A DNA stretch of 64,000 nucleotides from Priapulus caudatus (taxonomy: Eukaryota). Both the position numbers and the translations under genes were made by a program. The stretch is from assembly GCF_000485595.1 (NCBI RefSeq), contig NW_014577062.1:788027-852026 (forward strand). The letters run 5' to 3'. The notes beneath the pieces are model-generated. The model did not search any database, was not told the origin of the DNA, and worked only from the letters and a program-made list of their open reading frames with translations. The stretch's first letter is position 1; the number at the start of each line of letters is the position of its first letter. Of the stretch, positions 54,321-64,000 are shown piece by piece.

Positions 54321-57300
54321 TTCAGTATTGCCGAGTCGCTGTCACGAATATACACAAGAAACGGCGCAAACTGCCTCGCACACACACACGTGGCGGATCG
54401 GACAATAGGCGATGAAGCCGAATCGTTCCTAGTAAAACCATTCTACCTAAGTGCACATGTAGTTTTTACGCTTGACAAATGTAGCATTCACGTATATGAT
54501 AGTGTATCAGTAGCGCGCACTGCACCTGATACAGTTGCGGGTAAAGCTCTCTTCTGCACGCGTGTGCGCGTTTTGGCGACATGTTCATTCGATCCCATAA
54601 ACCGCGTAATCCCGCCTGCTATACCGATATCACTCACCAAGTTTCAAACCCGTCACAGTCAACGCTTTCAACATCGCAATCTTAATGTTGCTTCGGATAT
54701 ATATCGCGTGACGCAACCACAGTAAAGGTCTGTTGCGCGAGTCAAAAGTCAAAAGTCAACAGTCTGCATGGCGTGTCTTCCCGAGATTGTCTGACCGTGG
54801 CACGAAGCTGACCGAGTCCCTGTCACAGGAGTCTACGCGTCAGGCAAAACAATGCCATCATCCTCGACGAATTATATTCGTTAGTTCACAATCCCGAAGC
54901 AAAAAAAGTACTCTCCAAAACCGAAAAAAACACATTCATTTGTAATTCTGCCAAATTACGTTAATTAATTTATGCACTGTCAAGTAGCAGTTTTATATGT
55001 TACGCGTGGAGTTAATGGAAAATACGGTCTCGAGCTAGCTAGCTTGTAAGTCACCGCAAAGCAAATTTTCGTATATGATATCAAAACCGGTCCCCTGGCG
55101 TTTATAATTTATAATTAGTAGACATATTCCCCGCGCTAAATATCAGGTGCTGAATAGCTGAATATTAACGGCTATATGCAGTGTTATATTACTGTCATAT
55201 GCGACTCCTAACCATAGGCAAAGTAAATCTAAATAACCTGCAGAGATTTCAAGCTCAATCCGATGCATTTAATTAGCTAGGAATGAATAAAGGCTAATTA
55301 GGAGAATGTGACACGTACGTACGCAGAAACCCACGCACGTATGCACGTACGCGCGCATGCGCGCACGTACACACGTACATATTACACGTACGTAATACAC
55401 GCATCCCACGATATACTTAATTTAATTTAAATTTAATTTGTAATATATATCTTCCCAAATGTCATTTTAACTAATACGTAGCATATAATTTCCCCCCGAA
55501 ACATTCGGAAATTTATGCACAGTGACTTAAATGAGAAATGACGTGCACTTGCATGCATATTGCTGCCGGTATTGCCCATAATAGAATTTCACGCATAATA
55601 GACAAAAGCCACAATGTCAATATTATCATCTACTAACCGGCTTATTACTTTGCTATTTGGGGAACGATCTGACAGTTTTACACCTGTTGGCTATTCTTCA
55701 TGTGTACCATGCTAAAGAAAACTGACAATTCTTCTTTCGCTATATGGCAGACCATTTTATTCATTTACGATATTTCCTCTACACTATGTCAGATAAAACT
55801 GGCGATACCATATATCCACCCGTGCTCCACGTAAGATCAAGCCGAGATCCTATTTTTACATCGGGACATTTCAGATGTAACTGGCAATTCTTCTCCCATC
55901 TACCATATCCAAAGCAAACTGGAAATGCGTCTCCAATCACACCACGTACGTCTGAGAAAATTGGCAATTACTGTTCCAACTAAACCTTATCTGACCGCCT
56001 CAGCTCACAAAAATAGTGCAAGCAATGCCTCTTCAGAAGTATTTTCTAATTTGGAATGTCCAGACGCAAAGCATTCCGTATTTAAAACGCAGGCTATACA
56101 TACAGGCCTAATTATACAAGTGTACATCAACACAGGTGAGCTGTTAAACAAATGGTATCTACAGAATGGAAAGAAACGACAGCCAGCCCCACGATCTCGG
56201 GGTGACACCTTCCCTCAGTGATGCATGGACGCTGGATGGATTAATTTCCAACAGCTGGTGGGGTGACTGCGAGCTATACGGAAGGAGCGTTAACTACTAA
56301 GCGACCACTTGCGAAAACCTCACCTCATCCTGCTTCACTGCATCGGTCTCCATCTATCGCGATATTAGCGGACAATAATCTACACAAGCACTCCGCAGAC
56401 GATGCTGCTTGGCTTCTTGCCGTGTGAAGGAATGACGCTAGCGATGTTGTCTGCCAACAGTACAGTTCGTCTACGCCGCTCACCTTCCCTCGCGCGCTCA
56501 CATCGCACACCCACACGTATAGCCGACGCAGAAGCAGCATCAGATTGAGCCGACACTTGTCAACGTTGGCTGCAATATAATAACGAGTGCGCTCGTCTGC
56601 CGCACATCATTCTCAATCTCGCGCTCCCTCGTAAAAGTTTGATGCCATCTGCCTCGCCGGGAGCGAGCAAACTACCGAGAAGTCGCTCACTGTTTCCCTA
56701 GCCCACTCTATCTTGTTCTCCGCAGAATAGGAAGATGCGACTTTCGTTTTGAGAGGGAGAGCCCTATTTTCGGATAGAGACGGGCAAACGCTAGAGCCCG
56801 TTTGCATGGAGAGGGGCCGCCACTGCAGCGGACAACACCACGTATTCGTCGTTCACCTTCTACACACTTGTGCCGTGCACAGATTTTTCGTACCCCTTGT
56901 TACGAGTGCTAAGAGAGCTCCCCCTATTACGATACCGTTTGCACATTATTTAAACATGATAGCAAAAAGCTGAACGGCTTTCAATGGCCATACATTATTC
57001 ACACACACTCGACTAGCATACATGATACACTTACTATTGTCACATACTTTACTTAGCCTGACTGCGACATGAGCATAGTTGGATGACACGGTGGGGAAGA
57101 CACGCACAGCGGCTGGCTAGGGCATCGTAGCTTTGTCAGTCGTCCTTCGCAGCACTGCCGTTTCTCCACCTAGAAAATTAGGCAGATGAGATGCTAGTAT
57201 ATAGAGATGAAAAAAAGAGTACCAGCTGTCGTAACTACTATACGGTATTTTAACCTAGATTGGTCGTGTTAAGAAACTCATGTAAAATTAATGCTCAAAT

Positions 57301-57651
57301 GGATAAACATTTCAACGCGATGGCGGTGGACATTCAACATATAAATTGCATGTTCATATATATATGCATATAATATGTAAGCACAATGGGATAAGATATC
57401 CGAAATACCTCTGGTTGGTAAAGTCAATTCAAGGAGACACATAGATGTTTTCACAAAAAACAGAAGTTCTCTGAATCAGCATAATAACTAGTTTATATGT
57501 CATCCTGCCACATCATATTGCACAGCATTAAAACAGAATGACGCTTGTGTACACTATCTACAGAAGATTACAGTTAATAACCAGTTTTCACCAATAGATG
57601 GTGATGAAGGTGATGACTGCCATAAGAATGCTTGTCTGGCCACTTTATATA

Positions 57652-57732
<81 letters not shown>

Positions 57733-60700
57733 CTATATATACTATACTACGTCTACTACGTCGTTACGTTCGTACGTAGTTAGGTAGTAGTAACGTTAAC
57801 TTTAACTTTNNNNNNNNNNNNNNNNNNNNNNNNNNNNNNNNNNNNNNNNNNNNNNNNNNNNNNNNNNNNNNNNNNNNNNNNNNNNNNNNNNNNNNNNNNN
57901 NNNNNNNNNNNNNNNNNNNNNNNNNNNNNNNNNNNNNNNNNNNNNNNNNNNNNNNNNNNNNNNNNNNNNNNNNNNNNNNNNNNNNNNNNNNNNNNNNNNN
58001 NNNNNNNNNNNNNNNNNNNNNNNNNNNNNNNNNNNNNNNNNNNNNNNNNNNNNNNNNNNNNNNNNNNNNNNNNNNNNNNNNNNNNNNNNNNNNNNNNNNN
58101 NNNNNNNNNNNNNNNNNNNNNNNNNNNNNNNNNNNNNNNNNNNNNNNNNNNNNNNNNNNNNNNNNNNNNNNNNNNNNNNNNNNNNNNNNNNNNNNNNNNN
58201 NNNNNNNNNNNNNNNNNNNNNNNNNNNNNNNNNNNNNNNNNNNNNNNNNNNNNNNNNNNNNNNNNNNNNNNNNNNNNNNNNNNNNNNNNNNNNNNNNNNN
58301 NNNNNNNNNNNNNNNNNNNNNNNNNNNNNNNNNNNNNNNNNNNNNNNNNNNNNNNNNNNNNNNNNNNNNNNNNNNNNNNNNNNNNNNNNNNNNNNNNNNN
58401 NNNNNNNNNNNNNNNNNNNNNNNNNNNNNNNNNNNNNNNNNNNNNNNNNNNNNNNNNNNNNNNNNNNNNNNNNNNNNNNNNNNNNNNNNNNNNNNNNNNN
58501 NNNNNNNNNNNNNNNNNNNNNNNNNNNNNNNNNNNNNNNNNNNNNNNNNNNNNNNNNNNNNNNNNNNNNNNNNNNNNNNNNNNNNNNNNNNNNNNNNNNN
58601 NNNNNNNNNNNNNNNNNNNNNNNNNNNNNNNNNNCCAAGGTGACTGCATGCTTGCTATTGTATCACACCCAAGGTGACTGCTTGCTATTGTATCACACCC
58701 AAGGTGACCGCTTGCTATTGTATCACACCCAAGGTGACTGCATGCTTGCTATTGTATCACACCCAAGGTGACCGCTTGCTATTGTATCACACCCAAGGTG
58801 ACTGCTTGCTATTGTATCACACCCAAGGTGACTGCTTGCTATTGTATCACACCCAAGGTGACTGCTTGCTATTGTATCACAACCAAGGTGACTGCTTGCT
58901 ATTGTATCACACCCAAGGTGACTGCTCGCTATTCAGTATTGCCGAGTCGCTGTCACGAATATACACAAGAAACGGCGCAAACTGCCTCGCACACACACAC
59001 GTGGCGGATCGGACAATAGGCGATGAAGCCGAATCGTTCCTAGTAAAACCATTCTACCTAAGTGCACATGTAGTTTTTACGCTTGACAAATGTAGCATTC
59101 ACGTATATGATAGTGTATCAGTAGCGCGCACTGCACCTGATACAGTTGCGGGTAAAGCTCTCTTCTGCACGCGTGTGCGCGTTTTGGCGACATGTTCATT
59201 CGATCCCATAAACCGCGTAATCCCGCCTGCTATACCGATATCACTCACCAAGTTTCAAACCCGTCACAGTCAACGCTTTCAACATCGCAATCTTAATGTT
59301 GCTTCGGATATATATCGCGTGACGCAACCACAGTAAAGGTCTGTTGCGCGAGTCAAAAGTCAAAAGTCAACAGTCTGCATGGCGTGTCTTCCCGAGATTG
59401 TCTGACCGTGGCACGAAGCTGACCGAGTCCCTGTCACAGGAGTCTACGCGTCAGGCAAAACAATGCCATCATCCTCGACGAATTATATTCGTTAGTTCAC
59501 AATCCCGAAGCAAAAAAAGTACTTCCCAAACCGGAAAAAAAGACGATTAATTTGTAATTCTGCCAAATACTTACGTTAATTAATGTTATGCACCTGTCTA
59601 AGTAGCAGTTTTATATTGTTTACGCGCTGGAGTTTAATGGGAATACGGTCTTCGAGCTAGCGCTAGCTTGTAAGCACCCCCAAGCAAATTTTCGTATATG
59701 ATAATCAAAACGGTCCTGGCGTTTATAATTATATTAGTAGAACAGTATTCGCGCGCTAAATATCAGGGTTGAAATAGCCTGAATATAACGGCTATATGCA
59801 GTGTTATATTCTGTCATATGCGACTCTCTAACCATAGGCACAAAGCTAAATCAATAACCTGCAGAGATTTCAAGCTCAATGATGCATTTAATTAGCTAGA
59901 ATGAATAAAGGACTAATTTAGGAGATGGGACACGTACGCAGAACACCACGCACGTTGCCACGTACGCGCGCATGGCTGCCAACGTGACACACTACTACTA
60001 TTACACGTACGTAATACACGCATCCCACGATATACTAAGTTTTAATTAAATTTATATTAGTAAATATATATCTTCCCAAATGTTCATTTTAAACTAATAC
60101 GTTAGTCATTATTTCCCCCGAAACATTTCGGAAAATTTATTGCCACAGTGACTAAATGAGAAGACCGCTGCACTTAGCATGCATATTGTGCCGGGGGTAT
60201 TGGTCCCATAATAAATTTAACGCATAATTAGACAAAAGCCACAATGTCAATATTATACATCTATACCGGCTTATTACTTTGCTATGATTTGGGGAACGAT
60301 TCGTGACCAGTTTTTACACCTGTTGCATATTCTTTCATGCTGTACCATGCTAAAGCAAAACTGACATCTTCTTCTTCCGCATAGGGAGAACCAGTTTATT
60401 CATTTACGATATTCTCTACAACTATGTCAGATAAATTAATGGGATACCATATATCCACCGTGCCTCCACGTAGATCTAAGCTGAGATCCTATTTTTACAT
60501 CGGGACATTTCAGATGTAACTGCAATTCTTCTCCCATCTACCATATCCAAAGCAAACTTGAAATGCGTTCCAATCACACCACGTACGTTCTGAAGCAATT
60601 GGCAATTACTGTTCCAACTAACACTTATCTGACGCCTCAGCTCACAAAGATAGTGCAAGCAAATGCCTCTTCAGAAGTATTTTCTAAGTTTGGAATGTCC

Positions 60701-62356
60701 AGACGCAAACATTCCGTATTTAATAACGCAGGCTTATACATACAGGGCCTAATTATTACAAGTGTACATCAACAGAGTGAGCCTAGTTAAACAAAATGGT
60801 ATCACAGAATGGAAAGAAAGCGACAGCCAGCCCCACGACTCTCGGAGGTGACACCTTCCCTCCAGTTATGCATTGGACGCTGGATTGGATTAATTCTCCA
60901 ACAGCTGGTGGAGGTGACTGCGAGCTATACTGGAAGGAGGCCGTTCTATAATACTACGACCACTTGCGAAAAAACACATCACCTCATCCTGCTTTCACTT
61001 GCATCGGTCTCCATCTATTCGCGGATATTAGGCGACAATAATCTACACAAGCACTCGCAGACGATGCTGCTTGGCTTCCTTTGCGTGGTGTAAGAATGAC
61101 TGCTAAGCGTATTGTTTGTCTGCCAACAAGTTCAGTTCGTTTACGCCGCTCACCTTCCCTCGCCGCGCTGCCACATCGCACCACCACAACGTATGAGCCG
61201 ACGCAGAAGAAAGCATCAGATTGGCAGCGACACTTGTCAACGTGGTGGCAATATAATAAACGAGTGCCGCTCGTCTGCCGCACTATCATTCTTCAATCTC
61301 GCGCTTCCCTCGCAAAAGTTTGATGCATCGCTTCGCAGGGTAGCGAAGGCAAACTACCGAGAGAAGTGCTCACTGTTACCCTCGCGCCACTCTATTTTGT
61401 TCTCCGCAGAATAGGAAGATGCGACTTTCGTTTGAGAGGGAGAGCCCATCTTTCGGATATGAGACGGGGCAACGCTATAGAGCCGTTTGCATGGAGAGGG
61501 GCCGCACTGCAGCGGACAAACACACGTATCGTCGCTTGCACTTCTACACACTTGTGCCTGCACAGATTTTTCGTTACCCCTTGTTACGTGTGCTAAGAGA
61601 GCTCCCTATTACGGATACCGTTTGCACATTATTTAAAACATATAGCAAAAAGCTGAACGGCTTTCATGGCCTATTCTATTATCACACACACTCGACTCAG
61701 CATACATGAGTACACTACTATTGTCACTTTATACTTTACTTAGCCTGACTGCGACATGAGCATAGTTGGAGTGGACACGGTTGAGAAGGACACGCAGAGC
61801 ATGGCTGGCTAGGCTATCGTAGCTTTGTCCAGTCGTCCTTTCGCAGCACTGCCGTTTCTCAACTAGAAATATACGCAGATGAGATGCGTTAGTATATAGA
61901 GATGAAAAATAGAGAGTACCAGCTGTCGTAAACTACTATACGGTATTTTAACCTAGATTTGCGTCGTAGAACTCATGTAAAATTAATTGCTTCAAATGGA
62001 TAAACATTCAACGCGCCATGGCGGTGGACAATTTCAACATCATAAATTGGCATGTCTATTCAGTATATGCATATAATTATGTTAAGCACAATGGCGACTA
62101 ACGATATCCACGAAATACTTGGTGGAATTAAAATAAATTCAAGAGACACATAGATGTTTTCACAAAAAACAGAAGTTCTCTGAATCAGCCATAAACTAGT
62201 TTATATGTCATCCTGACACCTCATTATTGCACAGCATTAAAACAGAATGACGCTTGTGTACCTATCTACAGAAGATTTACAGTTAATAACAGTTTTCAGC
62301 AATAAGATTGCGTGATGAAGTAGTGATACTGCCATAAGAATGGCTGTCTGGCCACT

Positions 62357-62398
<42 letters not shown>

Positions 62399-62400
62399 TA
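54190..62400. repeat. Direct duplication of ~3.5 kb (54190-57730 and 58636-62400) spanning an N-gap; probable assembly redundancy
   Basis: About 700 bp are identical at first (identical ORF-track peptides), followed by indel-noisy colinear copies. Confidence 0.9.
58636..58930. repeat. Second (duplicated) end of the 30-bp satellite, adjoining an N-gap
   Basis: About 10 near-perfect units, followed by the same unique flank as at 54320. Confidence 0.9.
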
Positions 62401-63241
62401 AATAGATATAGATATAGATATGCCATATATATCCATAATTCCTCAGGTCGCGTCTTACTGGAGTTGAGCAAAAGATTTTTTTACCAATTTTAACAAATTT
62501 TTAACACATCTAACAAGAACAACCATATAAATGGATGGAGAAATTCAAACCCATTCCCACTAGAACAAATTCATATATGAAATATTGGAAGTTTTCCTGC
62601 CACATAATGACCATTCCCTGCATGGTGGCACAGCTGAAAGCCAGCCAATTATTTCTATTGCAAAATGCGGTGATTTCACCAGCGCAAAACTATACGCGCA
62701 TTTTCTAAATAAAGTTACTATTTTTTTATTATTTGCAACTACACAAACGACACACAGTCACTGATCCGTAGCTTCACAATTTACGTACACTTGCTGTGTG
62801 CAAGGATCACTTCACGCACCACTTACTACTACAGGTGTGAAAACCCGCAGCAATCCGTGATATAAATATCGTCAAAAACGTATTTTCTGCTATTATAATA
62901 CTAGTAGTAATAGAGTCCATCGACTTCAATGACAGTCGGGGAAAAAACATTTGGAAATGCAGCCAATTTATCGAGCTGTAATGACCAATTACACCACAGC
63001 AATAAGCAATGATGAGTTTGACGATGCAGTAATACCAAACCTGTCAAACCTGTTACTATAAGTCAAAGGGCAGTCTAGGGAATTTACTGTTTAATTGCGA
63101 ATTTTACAAATACGGAAACCATTTCAAATGATTCTGCATGGCAAAATACGAAGTCTGGATTGCTACATAGGTAGAGCTACTATGTTATAAGATTCTTAAT
63201 ATTCCTCTTCGTTATCCCAAACAAACAAAACGAGATAAATC

Positions 63242-63457
63242 CAGGGTTCTCCAAGCTTTTTCATTATAGCATGGGGGTGCTGCCTTTACGGTCATAGTTG
63301 CAAATCGCCGAAGGCGGTTTGCATGCTAGGGAGGTCCGGGGGCTATGATATTTAGCATGGCGGCTATGATATTTAGAGTGGCGGGTGCATTTTAGGATGG
63401 CGGGGCTCGACGATAGCCTGGCGGGCCGCCAGCTATAAGTGCTCTTGGAGAACCCTG
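63242..63457. mobile_element. hAT-like MITE
   Basis: 14-bp perfect TIR cagggttctccaag...cttggagaaccctg. The TSD is not clearly preserved. Confidence 0.55.
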
Positions 63458-64000
63458 GAATCATATAACCTACCTAATAAATGCTAGACGAATATATATA
63501 ATGAGTGAAACTCATGCCATAGAGAAATAGGTCATATGGGCCAGTCATTGACCAGTAATTGCCACACGAGTTAGCCACATCCACATTTGGCTTCTGCTAT
63601 AATATTATATATAATCCATATATATATATATGTATATATACAGAGCGCGAAATTAGCACAGGCCCACCGGCATATGCCGGCAAATTATTTGGAGGGCCAG
63701 TAACATTGGCAAAACACTGGCCCTCCGAGCCGGTGGCTTCAGCCGTGTTAGCGAGTATCTTCATTGTTATTTATAGTAAATTTATAGCAAATTATAGTAA
63801 ATAGCCTACATTACTGTTTTACCTGAAAGTCATCACGCCATAATTTATCGACATTTTATACAAAGTTGAAATCGAGAATGCAAGCGTGAAACATGACATT
63901 GACAAAAACAACAGCAAGCAAAATTTGTGCGTGCTGGTAAATTATGGTGAGAGCTGGTAAAAAAAAACTGCTGGTACCAGCCCTCTGGGTCGGTGCAAAA

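Noticed and set aside
58674..59336. 220-aa ORF with CYCITPKVTA/LLLYHTQGDC repeats (also 54195-54725)
   Set aside because: A by-product of the stop-free 30-bp satellite running into unique flank; no recognisable domain or splice support.

Overview
Repeat-rich eukaryotic DNA, most likely from an invertebrate animal, taken from a draft assembly with N-gaps and error-rich, long-read-like patches. One gene dominates: the 5' half of a minus-strand, intron-rich M13 zinc metallopeptidase of the endothelin-converting enzyme (ECE)/neprilysin type. Nine GT-AG coding exons were reconstructed between 309 and 23782 with consistent phases; one further internal exon is missing and probably lies in the 2238-3132 gap. 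Candidate upstream coding exons sit at 39446-39469 and 40406-40492. The catalytic HEXXH exons should lie beyond position 1. The introns hold a tRNA-derived SINE, a 5'-truncated LINE, a PIF/Harbinger-type Myb/SANT relic, several MITEs, microsatellites, a ~6.7 kb satellite of 30-bp units, and two multi-kb duplications that look like assembly or haplotype redundancy. The most striking signal is a dense family of 37-70 bp CA...TG hairpins flanked by 7-8 bp target-site duplications. They match the expected structure of P-superfamily transposon excision footprints (about 17 bp of each TIR plus templated filler), and an intact ~405 bp putative parent MITE and apparent empty alleles occur in the same window. 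No prokaryotic or CRISPR-type system is supported.
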